Shown: positions 8,263 through 17,682, counted from the stretch's first letter. The stretch is DNA of 32,000 nt from Candidatus Nanohalobium constans (GCF_009617975.1 NZ_CP040089.1:510001-542000), one strand, 5' to 3'. The notes: generated by a model not told the origin, from the sequence alone. Numbers and translations are program-made.

Positions 8263-8817
8263 ATGAGCAAAGCAGTTATTGGAGTCCACGCCTATGACGG
8301 AAAAGTAACCGGTGGCAAAGATTTTAAACACGTAATGCACGATAGACTTTCCAAAACATTCGAATTTGCTTCTAAAACCGGTTTTGAATCAATTCAGATA
8401 GTAGTTATGGGCGGCGAACGAGTTCACAGTTTTTTGAAAAGTAATTTTGCGGAGGAGTTTGAGGAACACAGTTTTCTGCTTACAGGAGATCATAAAGATA
8501 CTAAATCAGAGGTAGATTTTCTCTTCAAGAAATCTAGGATACTAGATGCTGATATCTGTTACTCTGTTTCCAGCAAAGATCATGTCTCGCGTATAGTAGA
8601 GTACTGGGCTAAGAAGGATAGAGGAGAATTGGATGCTGCTGTAGTACCTTCTGATGAAACATACTCCAAGTCCGGAGAAGAACCGGTAGTCGTCGAACCA
8701 GCAGTATTCGAAGAACTAAGGCATGTAATAGCTGAAAACCTGGGAGACATACAGGAAGATCAGGTAGGAGAAATCGCAGAAGACATAGAAAAAGTATTCA
8801 AAAAATACAAGAACTAA
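8263..8817 (+). CDS. Hypothetical protein, possibly DUF218/YdcF-like
   Basis: Weak pattern match: RL..., IVVMGGE, DTKSEVDF, and SVSSKDHVSRI (compare the VTSxxHxxR motif of DUF218). The tail is acidic. The domain call is tentative. Confidence 0.4.
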   Translation: MSKAVIGVHAYDGKVTGGKDFKHVMHDRLSKTFEFASKTGFESIQIVVMGGERVHSFLKSNFAEEFEEHSFLLTGDHKDTKSEVDFLFKKSRILDADICYSVSSKDHVSRIVEYWAKKDRGELDAAVVPSDETYSKSGEEPVVVEPAVFEELRHVIAENLGDIQEDQVGEIAEDIEKVFKKYKN

Positions 8818-8853
8818 AGAACTTTTTCAACAACAAAGAACAGAGTTACAACT

Positions 8854-9675
8854 ATGAACCTGACCGAAGCAGTAATAATAGGAATCGTACAGGGAATCAC
8901 CGAATGGCTCCCCGTCTCCAGCGAAGCAGTAATCACACTCATCCTAACACAAGTACTAGGAACAGACCCAGGACAAGCACTGAACGCATCAATCTTCCTC
9001 CACACAGGAACAATGATCGCAGCATTCCTCTACTTCAGAAAAGAATACACAGAAATAATCAAATACTGCCTCAACAAAGCCCTCAAACCTCAAGAAATAC
9101 TGGACAACCCAAGAAAACTAACTCAGGAGGAAAACGGGCGTTTAACTATTTTCCTCGGATCATCCACCGCATTAACCGGAATAATCGGAGCCACGATCTA
9201 CTTCACAGGCATCAAAGCCGCAGTACAGAACCCGACAATCTTCTACATCCTGATGTCAGCCGCGTTATTCATGACAGGAATCCTCCGACTTTACAATAAA
9301 AGCGAGTCAAGAGAATACAGCTCTGTAAACTTGAAAGACTCTATCTTCGTCGGAATACTACAAGGATTCTCCATAATCCCTGGAGTCTCCCGTTCAGGCA
9401 CAACAGCCTTTGGATTTCTGTTCAGAGAGTTTGATGCGAGATCAGCCTTCCACCTATCATTCCTGATGAGTGTACCAGCTGTTGCAGCAGGAAGTATCGG
9501 CCTAGAACTATTCACAGAGTTCAATTTCCAGCCAATCTACCTTGTCTCAGCAGCCGTCGCGGGAATAGTCGGCTACCTCACCGTGGACGCTGTACTGGAG
9601 ATCGCAGACAGAGCAGAAATCGCCTGGATATGCTTCGCACTAGGAATACTGGCCTTGCTCCCGACAATAATATAA
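8854..9675 (+). CDS. uppP: Undecaprenyl-diphosphate phosphatase (UppP/BacA)
   Basis: GIVQGITEWLPVSSEA and IIPGVSRSGTT signature motifs. Polytopic membrane protein of typical length (273 aa). Confidence 0.9.
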   Translation: MNLTEAVIIGIVQGITEWLPVSSEAVITLILTQVLGTDPGQALNASIFLHTGTMIAAFLYFRKEYTEIIKYCLNKALKPQEILDNPRKLTQEENGRLTIFLGSSTALTGIIGATIYFTGIKAAVQNPTIFYILMSAALFMTGILRLYNKSESREYSSVNLKDSIFVGILQGFSIIPGVSRSGTTAFGFLFREFDARSAFHLSFLMSVPAVAAGSIGLELFTEFNFQPIYLVSAAVAGIVGYLTVDAVLEIADRAEIAWICFALGILALLPTII

Positions 9676-9684
9676 AAAAGGGGT

Positions 9685-10365
9685 TTAAGGCTCCCAAAGC
9701 CGTTCGAACCTTTCAGATACCTCAGGATTCTCTTCTTTCAATTTCTCAACAGAGTTTTCTCCGTTTACATTGATCAAGTGGATTTGTCCTCTGTCTCCTG
9801 AGTAGACATTCTGGAAGTCGTAGACAGCGCCGATAACATCTACATCTTCCGGTATTTCATCCGAGTTTCTGAGGAACTGTACTTGTTGATCAACATTGTA
9901 CTCAACTAGTCGATTGATGGCTTCTGAGTCATCCAGATCATCCGGCAGCTTCTCCACCCCATCCTTCAAACGATCTTTAATCAGGTCGATACAGTGTCTG
10001 ATACCTGAAGGTTCGTTGATATCTTCAGTGAGGTCTTTGTAGGTTGCCGTGACTGCTCCACAGCTTGTGTGACCAACTACAACCATGGTCTTCGTATCTG
10101 TATGGGCAACAGGATAGAGCACATCTCCAGAGACAGCTTCACCAGTCTCCATATCCTGGAAGACTCTGTTGCCAATATTGCTGCAGGTGAAAACCTCTCC
10201 AGGATGCTCATTACCCCACATGTGATCCTGAAGCACACGAGAATCAGAACAGCAAACAGTAACAAAATCAGGATCCTGCCCATCCTGCACATGGTCAAAC
10301 TTTTCTTTAAAATTTTCAGCGTGATCCAAATTAGATTCTAATAACTCAATAAACTCTTGTCTCAT
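9685..10365 (-). CDS. Beta-class carbonic anhydrase
   Basis: CCSDSRV and VVVGHTSCGAV supply the zinc ligands Cys/His/Cys in the canonical beta-CA context. Confidence 0.85.
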   Translation of the reverse strand: MRQEFIELLESNLDHAENFKEKFDHVQDGQDPDFVTVCCSDSRVLQDHMWGNEHPGEVFTCSNIGNRVFQDMETGEAVSGDVLYPVAHTDTKTMVVVGHTSCGAVTATYKDLTEDINEPSGIRHCIDLIKDRLKDGVEKLPDDLDDSEAINRLVEYNVDQQVQFLRNSDEIPEDVDVIGAVYDFQNVYSGDRGQIHLINVNGENSVEKLKEENPEVSERFERLWEP

Positions 10366-10426
10366 CGATTAAACACTGTAGAATAGGAAAAAGACTAAGA
10401 TTCAAAAACAGTTACAAGTGAAGATT

Positions 10427-10918
10427 CTAGAATTTTCTGAAATGACGACATCGATGGCAGTGTCTGCAGAGCGTCCTCAAGTTGCATTCGCTGTGTGGTC
10501 CATTCCACTTCCTCGGTACGATATGATCGACATGAAGCTCTAGATTTTCAGCGCCGCATACTCTGCAACAGTAATTATCTCGCTGCAATACATTTTTTCG
10601 AATAGAGTCCCAGTCTTCAGAGAGTTTATCAGAGCTATTCCAGTTATTCTTCAAAACATGATAGAATGACCGAGGATTCATAATTCTGGAACGCAGTAAA
10701 AACTCCAGCCGTGCCAGGATACTTCCACACGGATTAAAACCAGATAAAATACTGAAAAACATGTCGTGGAAAACCATGAAGCCCCTGCGATACAGATACA
10801 AGAAAAGATGAACCGCCCACCCCATAGATAGATATAGGATCCAGTAAACCAGTTCAACGGGTTGGAAAATCAGATAATTTTTCCCGGCAGGAAGTTTGAA
10901 ACCTTTTCTAGAACTCAT
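10427..10918 (-). CDS. HNH endonuclease with a hydrophobic N-terminal extension
   Basis: C-terminal CRVCGAENLELHVDHIVPRKWNGPHSECNLRTLCRHCHRCRH is an HNH core with two CxxC pairs. The first 75 aa or so contain one or two TM-like segments (LVYWILYLSMGWAVHLFLYLY, FFSILSGF). The start is uncertain; the ATG at 10918 and the internal Met at 10681 are both possible. Confidence 0.7.
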   Translation of the reverse strand: MSSRKGFKLPAGKNYLIFQPVELVYWILYLSMGWAVHLFLYLYRRGFMVFHDMFFSILSGFNPCGSILARLEFLLRSRIMNPRSFYHVLKNNWNSSDKLSEDWDSIRKNVLQRDNYCCRVCGAENLELHVDHIVPRKWNGPHSECNLRTLCRHCHRCRHFRKF

Positions 10919-10985
10919 AAGTTAAGATTGAGTTCATGGAAGAAATAGTCCAAGGTCTCTCCCTATGATCAGAGCATTAGGCAGA

Positions 10986-11588
10986 TCAATTTAGCCACTT
11001 ATTTCTCACGAAGTATGGGCCTTTATGGTCTTTATCCAGTTCTAATTTTTCTATCCTATTTTTGACCCGGTCTTTTATGGTTTTAACCGGGAGATCATAT
11101 TTCAAGAGATCTTCAACTTTATCATGGAGTTTTTGATCACTGTAGTCTTCGTTCCTTCTCAAATCAGCTACTGCATACTCTATGGCTTTAGCCTCAGTAT
11201 GCATATGATCGTATTCAGTAAAACCGCCTTCTATATCATCAAAGAAACTGAAAACGGCATCATCCAGTACATACAGGTTATTCTTTTTTCTCACCCGATA
11301 ATCGACAAATTCCTGATCAGCTCTATCACTCAGCTCTGACAGAACAAGTAGAACACTGGACGCCTTACTGGAATCAAACTCATCCAAACCAGAATAGTCC
11401 CCCAAATGCTTACCAGCAAGTTCATTACTCATCAAACTGCCATCAGGCAATGTCCGATCAGAAAGAATCTCCCTAACATCACTGAAATACCTCCTAAAAA
11501 AGGGAACATGGCTTGAAGAAGGCTCATCGAAGCCCTCATCAATCTCAACAAGCAGACTATCTACATCCTTCCCAACAAAATCCCCCAT
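10986..11588 (-). CDS. Hypothetical acidic protein
   Basis: 200-aa ORF with D/E-rich composition like its neighbours. No domain recognised. Confidence 0.5.
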   Translation of the reverse strand: MGDFVGKDVDSLLVEIDEGFDEPSSSHVPFFRRYFSDVREILSDRTLPDGSLMSNELAGKHLGDYSGLDEFDSSKASSVLLVLSELSDRADQEFVDYRVRKKNNLYVLDDAVFSFFDDIEGGFTEYDHMHTEAKAIEYAVADLRRNEDYSDQKLHDKVEDLLKYDLPVKTIKDRVKNRIEKLELDKDHKGPYFVRNKWLN

Positions 11589-11861
11589 ACTCAGTCTCTA
11601 AATTTACAAACGATAAAAATCTATCTCAATCCCACACCCTTCCCAAAACAGTTTAAAAAATCATTCGACTACAGAGTTGTTAGGCGATACACCAATGAAA
11701 GGTGACTACGATCATCTCCCAAAAACGGGAGAAAGACAAAGTTTCGAATAATTCTCAAAACCTTCTAAACAGCTATAACTTTTCCCGAAGTAAATCAGCT
11801 TCTACTCTCTTCATGTTTGAAAAAGTAGAGGAAAGAATCTATCAACAAGAGGCAACTAAAA

Positions 11862-13187
11862 ATGAGTAAGATTAACTTGGAATCTTTGAAGGGTACTTAT
11901 GACAGGTATCCGGACGAGTGGGCGACTTGGAAGTACTTGATTGAAATTGTGGATGAGACTGCTGAGGAGTTTGGTTTCCGACAGTTTAACCCTCCAACTA
12001 TTGAGAGGCAGGAACTGTGGACGGAGAAAGAGGAAGATTCTGTTACAGATGAGATGTACGCGTTTACCGACAAAGGCGATAACGAGATTACTTTAATCCC
12101 TGAACAGACCCCTACAAGGGCTAGACTGATCCAGAAGAGGAAAGATTTGAAGACGCCGGTTAAATGGTATGATACTTCGAAGCGCTGGAGGTATGAAGAT
12201 GTTACTAAAGGAAGGGACAGAGAGTTCCTGCAGGGAGACTTCGATATCTTCGGTTTAGAAAGTGTTGAGGCCGATGCCGAGATTATTGCTGCGGCAGCTA
12301 CTATTTTCAAGAAGTTAGATTTGGATGACCGGGTCAAGTTCAAGATTGGAGATAGAGTGATTTTAGAGGAGATTCTTCAGGCTCAGGGAGTCTCCGAACT
12401 GAAAGAGGTTACGGACATCATAGATGATAAAGAAAAGATGAGCGATGAAGAGTTTGTTAAGGAAGTTACAGATGTGATAGGGAATAAAATGAGGGCTCAG
12501 ACTGTTCTGCAGATTACAGAGAATAGTGGAGACTTAAGGAGCCAAGTTGAATTGATAAAGGAAAATGAGAGAGAATTTGGAGAATACGAAGAGAGTTCAA
12601 TTAAATCTAGGCTGGAAAGACTTGATGACTTAGCAGATGCTTTAGAAGCTCATGGCGTATATGAGATGTGCGAATTTGACCTTTCCATTGTCAGAGGTCT
12701 TGCCTACTACACAGGTCTTGTGTTTGAAGCTTTCGACAGCGAAGGCGAGTTAAGAGCCTTGTTCGGCGGAGGCCGATACGATGAATTAGTTGGTACTTTC
12801 GGCGACCGAGAGGTTCCTGCTGTTGGTTTTGCCTTCGGTTATTCGCCGACAATCGAGCTTCTGAAGAAGGAGGATCGGTACCCTCTGAAGGATGTTGAGA
12901 CTGATGTCTATGTGCTGTCAGTATCTGAATCAGTGAGAGATACCGCCCTCGATTATGCAACCAAGTTAAGAAGGAAAGGGCTATCTGTGGAGACCGACTT
13001 GGCAGGAAGAGGTTTCGGAAGCCAGTTAGGCTACGCCGATGACATGAATGCAAAAAGAGTTTTGATTGTGGGAGAACGAGATCTGGAGAATGATGAGGTT
13101 ACTATGAAGCACATGGAATCAGGTGAGGAAGAGACTCTGGATAAGGATGAAGTGGTTGAGCATTTGGAAAGTGAAGATTTTATCTAG
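11862..13187 (+). CDS. hisS: Histidine--tRNA ligase
   Basis: GTYDRYPDE, LIPEQTPTRARL, WRYEDVTKGRDREFLQGDFDIFG, FGGGRYDEL and AVGFAFG are class IIa HisRS motifs. An anticodon-binding domain follows at the C-terminus. Confidence 0.92.
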   Translation: MSKINLESLKGTYDRYPDEWATWKYLIEIVDETAEEFGFRQFNPPTIERQELWTEKEEDSVTDEMYAFTDKGDNEITLIPEQTPTRARLIQKRKDLKTPVKWYDTSKRWRYEDVTKGRDREFLQGDFDIFGLESVEADAEIIAAAATIFKKLDLDDRVKFKIGDRVILEEILQAQGVSELKEVTDIIDDKEKMSDEEFVKEVTDVIGNKMRAQTVLQITENSGDLRSQVELIKENEREFGEYEESSIKSRLERLDDLADALEAHGVYEMCEFDLSIVRGLAYYTGLVFEAFDSEGELRALFGGGRYDELVGTFGDREVPAVGFAFGYSPTIELLKKEDRYPLKDVETDVYVLSVSESVRDTALDYATKLRRKGLSVETDLAGRGFGSQLGYADDMNAKRVLIVGERDLENDEVTMKHMESGEEETLDKDEVVEHLESEDFI

Positions 13188-13208
13188 TTTCCTAATTTCT
13201 GGAGTCTG

Positions 13209-13592
13209 TTAGCTGTATTCGCCCAGGTTGCTTTGCTGGGCTCTTTCCTCTTCTTTGAAGAAATTGTATTCTCTGATGATCCATCGAGTCAATAAGTTGA
13301 CTATCATATCTACTTCTTGATTTCTTAGGTCTCTTCCGGCTGGTATGCGGTGGGCACGGCTGATTTCCCTTCTTGATGAGCATTTGCAGGCGTGCATCGC
13401 TTTGTACACCGGGTTTCCTGCGTAGGGGGTTTGAGTTCCATCGTTCTCTGGTTGCTCTCTTAGTTTGTCTTCAACTATCTCTCGGGCCATCTGTTTAAGC
13501 GTTGCTACGCCGTTTTCCTCTACCAAGATAAAGTCCTGGTCGTTTAACTTGGGTCCTTCCGGACTTCTGCCAGGAAGTTGAAGCTTTCTCAC
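13209..13592 (-). CDS. Small conserved-looking protein, possibly DUF4186-like
   Basis: ENDGTQTPYAGNPVYKAMHACKCSSRREISRAHRIPAGRDL...LLTRWI resembles my recollection of the DUF4186 core (NDGxQTPxxGHPVFxAQHATxxCCRxCLxKWHxIP). The assignment is from memory only. Confidence 0.4.
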   Translation of the reverse strand: MRKLQLPGRSPEGPKLNDQDFILVEENGVATLKQMAREIVEDKLREQPENDGTQTPYAGNPVYKAMHACKCSSRREISRAHRIPAGRDLRNQEVDMIVNLLTRWIIREYNFFKEEERAQQSNLGEYS

Positions 13593-13643
13593 AGGTTATT
13601 TTGTCTGATCGGAAAGTTTTATTCCTGTTTGAACCGGACTTTT

Positions 13644-14717
13644 TTAGACGAACATTTTAGGATCCTGTTCAATCGACTTAGCTTCCGCGAACTCCTCTAT
13701 ATTCCCAGAGTGGTAAGTGGCAGCATATTCTCTTAGGTCCTCAACCGAATAACTGTCAGCAAACTGTGGAAGTAAAGTTGCCTTGTAATAGGGAGCTACT
13801 AATTCCGGCATTGCCCTTTTTGAAGCTACGCCGTGAGAGTCATGGGCTTCAACTCCTGTAAGATACATACTCGCTAACAGTCCTGGACCTGCTATACCAT
13901 CGCTAGGCTTCATACTTTTACCGACAGCCTCAGCTTTACTACCGTCTCTAGCATCTATCAGAGATAAGGCTTGCTGTCCAAATTGATCTAAACCTGTTGC
14001 AGCTTCTAACTCAGCATAACGGGCTATCGCACAGTCAGTAGAGTAAAAATCCACTGCCTTATGGTCCAACCACCATAATTCGTGTTCAGAATATAAACCC
14101 TCTCTAATCCCTAGTGCATCCTCTCTCCTCTCAAATATGCCCTTCACAAAGTTTAAACCTTCATGATCCTGGACAATATCATTCCATAGATCTTCCAGAT
14201 TTTCGGAGTCAACATCCCTAACACCAAGCAAATCTTTTTCCTCACTAGTAGTATTCCTATACAGCTCTTCCGTGGAGCTATCCAAATACTGATCAACCAT
14301 CTCAAAATCTTCCGCCAAAGTCAACTTTGTTTCCCTATCCAACTGAGCCCATTCATGACAATCCTTAGCTTCTAGAGCATCACTGTAGCTTACAGCAGCC
14401 TCAACCAAATCTTCTGGAAGAATCTCACCCTCTTTAACAGGTTTACCAAACATGAGTGCATCCTTTGCAATAAAGTAAACTTCAGCAGCATCCATGTTTC
14501 CATCATCATGCTCGTGAAAACCAAAAGAAACCAAACGCCCCATAGTAGACGCCAGATCATCTATCTGATTGTTCGAATCTACAAAACCCTCCCCTAATTC
14601 AGGGAGACTAAAAGTGTCAATAAGTTCAGATTCTTGTTCTTTATGGCTGTAAGATTTTTTATTTTTAGCCTTATCAGCTAAAGCGCTTGCACTTACGAAA
14701 ATCTTGTTGGACACCAT
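13644..14717 (-). CDS. Hypothetical acidic cytoplasmic protein (orphan)
   Basis: 357-aa ORF with no TM segment, no signal peptide and no recognisable motif. Coding-like composition. Confidence 0.55.
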   Translation of the reverse strand: MVSNKIFVSASALADKAKNKKSYSHKEQESELIDTFSLPELGEGFVDSNNQIDDLASTMGRLVSFGFHEHDDGNMDAAEVYFIAKDALMFGKPVKEGEILPEDLVEAAVSYSDALEAKDCHEWAQLDRETKLTLAEDFEMVDQYLDSSTEELYRNTTSEEKDLLGVRDVDSENLEDLWNDIVQDHEGLNFVKGIFERREDALGIREGLYSEHELWWLDHKAVDFYSTDCAIARYAELEAATGLDQFGQQALSLIDARDGSKAEAVGKSMKPSDGIAGPGLLASMYLTGVEAHDSHGVASKRAMPELVAPYYKATLLPQFADSYSVEDLREYAATYHSGNIEEFAEAKSIEQDPKMFV

Positions 14718-14784
14718 AGCTATGGCAGACTTAAGAAAATCGGAATAAAAAAGAAATTAAACTAATAACATCACGTGTTATGCG

Positions 14785-15399
14785 TTATTCTTCTTGGCTG
14801 AGAGTTTCTCTAAACAATTTTGGGAACCCATCCATCTTCCAAAGATATACTAGAGCGTCTATCGGCTCTCTAAGATAAGGGTACCTCTCAAGTAATTGGT
14901 CGTCCTGAATTATATTGTGCCCTACGGAGAAACCTACGCTCTCAAACAGTAGATCCGAAACAGTATATCTTTCAATCCGGACATCACTTTGAAGCACCCT
15001 CTCCAGATATGCAGCGACTATCCGCTTGATACTCCCTTCATTCTCTTTAAGTCCAGAAAGCATCTCGTCCTTCGTTGTATATCCTTCACCAAGATATTTT
15101 TCCCTCTTAAGATCATCATCCACTTCCTCTAACTCTTCAACCACTTTTCTATACCAGAAATCCGATACATTGTCGTAGTCAATTTCGTAATACTGCGCTT
15201 TCTCCCTCTTACCCTTCTCAACGAACCCAATATCATTTAAATCTCCGATAACTCTTCCAACCGATGCCTGTGACTTATTAAGACTATCAGCAATGCTACT
15301 GCCGTAATCTCCTTCATCCTGAACAGCAATCCTCCTCAAAATTTTAACAGCAAGTTTAGAATTAAGAACCGAGGAATCACTTGTTTCAACCGATGCCAT
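14785..15399 (-). CDS. Winged-helix DNA-binding protein (MarR/ArsR-like N-terminus)
   Basis: GDYGSSIADSLNKSQASVGRVIGDLNDIGFVEKGKREKAQYYEI reads as an HTH plus wing. I prefer the ATG at 15399 (MASVETSD...). The track extension to 15480 encodes an implausible W/F/C-rich leader. Confidence 0.55.
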   Translation of the reverse strand: MASVETSDSSVLNSKLAVKILRRIAVQDEGDYGSSIADSLNKSQASVGRVIGDLNDIGFVEKGKREKAQYYEIDYDNVSDFWYRKVVEELEEVDDDLKREKYLGEGYTTKDEMLSGLKENEGSIKRIVAAYLERVLQSDVRIERYTVSDLLFESVGFSVGHNIIQDDQLLERYPYLREPIDALVYLWKMDGFPKLFRETLSQEE

Positions 15400-15611
15400 A
15401 AATCGATATGAAAACATTAGATTAAAATAAAGACACCAATTAAAAAACCAGCACAAACACCAAAAGACAACAAAAACCATTCGAACACACCTCTAAAACC
15501 ATAACAGCAGATATCCAACCAACTAACCACTAGAAAAAACCCTTGAGAACTGACTGGTTCAAGATCAAAGCCCTTACACAGTTAATAAAATTTCAACGCA
15601 GAAACACAGAT

Positions 15612-16808
15612 ATGCCATACAAAATCGGACTAGTAGGAAAGCCATCCGTAGGAAAAAGTACTTTCTTCAACGCCGCCACAATGAACTCAGTCGATGAAGG
15701 AAACTACCCCTTCACCACGATAGATCCTTCCGTTGGAGAAGCATATGTACGAGTTCAATGCGCAGCACCGGACTTTGACGAAAGCTGTGATCCAAGAGTA
15801 GGTTTCTGCCATGACGGGACAAGACATGTGCCGGTGAAACTTGTAGATGTGGCCGGACTGATTCCAGGCGCACACGAAGGAAAAGGACTGGGCAACAAGT
15901 TCCTCTCAGATCTGAACGAAGCAGATGTCCTGATACATATCGTAGACTTCTCAGGCGAGACAGATATCGAAGGAGAACCAACCGAAGACCACGACCCCAG
16001 AGACGACATAGACTTCCTGGAAGAAGAGCTAGATATGTGGTACCTAGAGGTCCTGGAGAAAGGAATCGATAGATACGAGACAAAACATAATAAGAAAGAT
16101 GTGAAGCTGGAAGAGGAGCTGGCTGAACAGATGAGTGCTTTCCAGACAAATAAAAACGAGATCAAACAATTGATACTTCAGGAAGACCTTGAACTGGATC
16201 CCAATACCTGGGATGAAGAAGACAAAGAACAGCTGGCGAGAACAATCCGGAAAGCGACTAAGCCAATGATCATCGCCGGGAACAAGATGGATACTGAGAA
16301 AGCACAGGAAAACTGGGAAGAAATAACTTCAGACCCAGAATACGAACACCTTGACTTCATACCCGCTTCAGCCCACGCCGAGAAAGCACTGAAGAACGCA
16401 GCCGAGCAGGGTGCGGTAGATTATTATCCCGGTGATGAAGACTTCGAAATACTATCTGATGACCTACCTGAGGAGAAAAAGCAGGGATTGGAGAAGATCA
16501 GAGACTTCATGCAGGAGTACGGAGGAACAGGCGTCCAGAAAGCTCTTGAAGAGGCACTTTTCGAAGAACTAGGAGTCATGGCGATCTTCCCTGGTGGAGC
16601 AGATGGACTGGGAGATGAACACGGAAATATACTGCCTGACTGCTTCCTGGTACCGGAGAACTCTACTGCAGAGGACTTCGCGTATACAATCCACTCGGAT
16701 CTTGGAGAAGGTTTCCTGCACGCAATTGACTGTAGAGAAAATAGACAAATCAGTGGAGATCACGAACTGGAGAATCTTGATGTTATCGAGGTAGTTTCCT
16801 CAAATTAA
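15612..16808 (+). CDS. Obg-family GTPase of the archaeal YchF/Ygr210 type with a C-terminal TGS-like domain
   Basis: G1 GLVGKPSVGKST; G2/G3 region YPFTTIDP ... VDVAGLIPGA; G4 AGNKMD. The start is set at ATG 15612 (MPYKIGLVGKPS...). Confidence 0.85.
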   Translation: MPYKIGLVGKPSVGKSTFFNAATMNSVDEGNYPFTTIDPSVGEAYVRVQCAAPDFDESCDPRVGFCHDGTRHVPVKLVDVAGLIPGAHEGKGLGNKFLSDLNEADVLIHIVDFSGETDIEGEPTEDHDPRDDIDFLEEELDMWYLEVLEKGIDRYETKHNKKDVKLEEELAEQMSAFQTNKNEIKQLILQEDLELDPNTWDEEDKEQLARTIRKATKPMIIAGNKMDTEKAQENWEEITSDPEYEHLDFIPASAHAEKALKNAAEQGAVDYYPGDEDFEILSDDLPEEKKQGLEKIRDFMQEYGGTGVQKALEEALFEELGVMAIFPGGADGLGDEHGNILPDCFLVPENSTAEDFAYTIHSDLGEGFLHAIDCRENRQISGDHELENLDVIEVVSSN

Positions 16809-16839
16809 AGAGAAAAGAAGGAAAGGTTGAAAACCTCTC

Positions 16840-17496
16840 CTATTTTGGTTCTACTTCAATTTTATGTCCTTCAAGTTCATCTCCTTGATAGGTAACCTGT
16901 TCGGGTTCGTTTGAGAACAATCCTTTAAACCAGTTGATGAATGCTGAAATCGGATTTTTGTTGTTTTCAGGCTGTGGTTTTGGATCCGGTCCTGAAGTAT
17001 CGTAGTCAGGATGTGTCAATGTTTCTGTAGAATTGTTTCCGTGGAAAACTTCAACTTTCGACGGTGAATCTGTCTGGAACGATGCATTGTACTTGTGATA
17101 GGCTAATACCTGCGTACAAGTTCCATTTTCCTCCTCAGAATTAACTTGGAACTGGTATTCTCCATCACCTACCTCAGTAACTGAGTGGTTAAGGCTGTAG
17201 CACGGTGTAGGCGTCTCAACAATCCCGGTAAAACTCAGTTTATCCTCTTCAAAACCGGAGTCAATCACTCCTGTCATATTGTTCGCACCTAGCTCCGACA
17301 GAGTAGAGGAACGATTGACAACTGAGAAAAAGGTGCTGTAAGAAGTGCCGTTCGGTCCAACAGCCGTACTACCTGATGCGGAAGATCCTTCATTTGTTAT
17401 AGCCATTTCTCCTTCCCCTGGTTCAGGACCACCTACAACTGATGAAGCGGAAAATACAAATAAGATCAGTGCTGAAGTAAGTATGATTCGTTTCAT
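16840..17496 (-). CDS. Secreted protein with a signal peptide and many N-glycosylation sequons
   Basis: MKRIILTSALILFVFSASSVVG looks like a signal peptide. Seven N-x-S/T sequons (NGT, NRS, NMT, NHS, NGT, NAS, NST) and two Cys. No known domain. Confidence 0.6.
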   Translation of the reverse strand: MKRIILTSALILFVFSASSVVGGPEPGEGEMAITNEGSSASGSTAVGPNGTSYSTFFSVVNRSSTLSELGANNMTGVIDSGFEEDKLSFTGIVETPTPCYSLNHSVTEVGDGEYQFQVNSEEENGTCTQVLAYHKYNASFQTDSPSKVEVFHGNNSTETLTHPDYDTSGPDPKPQPENNKNPISAFINWFKGLFSNEPEQVTYQGDELEGHKIEVEPK

Positions 17497-17576
17497 ACTA
17501 ACAGAAATAACTCCGACTCCTTTTTAAACAGGTTGAAGCTGTTCGGAAAAAATCAAAGATAAAGAGGAACACAGAA

Positions 17577-17657
17577 GGGCGGGCCGAAGAGTTACCCACG
17601 GCTCACGCCGTTTACACCTCCAATAAAGGAGGCACATCTTCCAAGCCCTACCCGCCC
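17577..17657. ncRNA. Candidate structured RNA (GC-rich four-helix element); strand and family unknown
   Basis: P1 GGGCGGG (17577-17583) pairs with CCCGCCC (17651-17657). P2 GAAGA (17586-17590) pairs with TCTTC (17637-17641). P3 is the hairpin ACGGC-TCAC-GCCGT (17598-17611). P4 is the hairpin CCTCC-AATAAA-GGAGG (17617-17632). It lies in a 262-nt non-coding gap and is visibly more GC-rich than its surroundings. Confidence 0.3.
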
Positions 17658-17682
17658 CGATTCGACAGGACTATTAGAAACG

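Noticed and set aside
8904-9299. 131-aa same-strand alternative-frame ORF inside uppP
   Set aside because: The product is an Arg/Pro/Asn/His-rich low-complexity string. The uppP frame carries both canonical UppP motifs.
11589-11861. 273-nt leader upstream of hisS, considered as a T-box-like or other riboswitch, or as encoding a small protein
   Set aside because: T-box elements are bacterial. Only weak hairpins and 18-codon ORFs are present. No conserved motif was recognised.
15400-15611. N-terminal extensions of the wHTH gene (to 15480) and the GTPase gene (from 15543) given in the ORF track
   Set aside because: The extensions encode implausible W/F/C-rich or basic leaders. Internal ATGs restore canonical N-termini (MASVETSD and MPYKIGLVGKPS).
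15687-16360. Several minus-strand ORFs (up to 145 aa) inside the GTPase gene
   Set aside because: They are antisense artefacts of an acidic, purine-rich coding strand. No motifs are present, and they overlap one another in different frames.
17577-17657. Possible tRNA (7-bp GC acceptor-like stem, about 81 nt), or 5S, SRP or H/ACA RNA
   Set aside because: Neither strand has a T arm or TTCRAAT loop, a D arm, or a 7-nt anticodon loop. The conserved SRP helix 8, 5S loop and ACA-box features are not in the right places. I kept it only as an unclassified candidate RNA.
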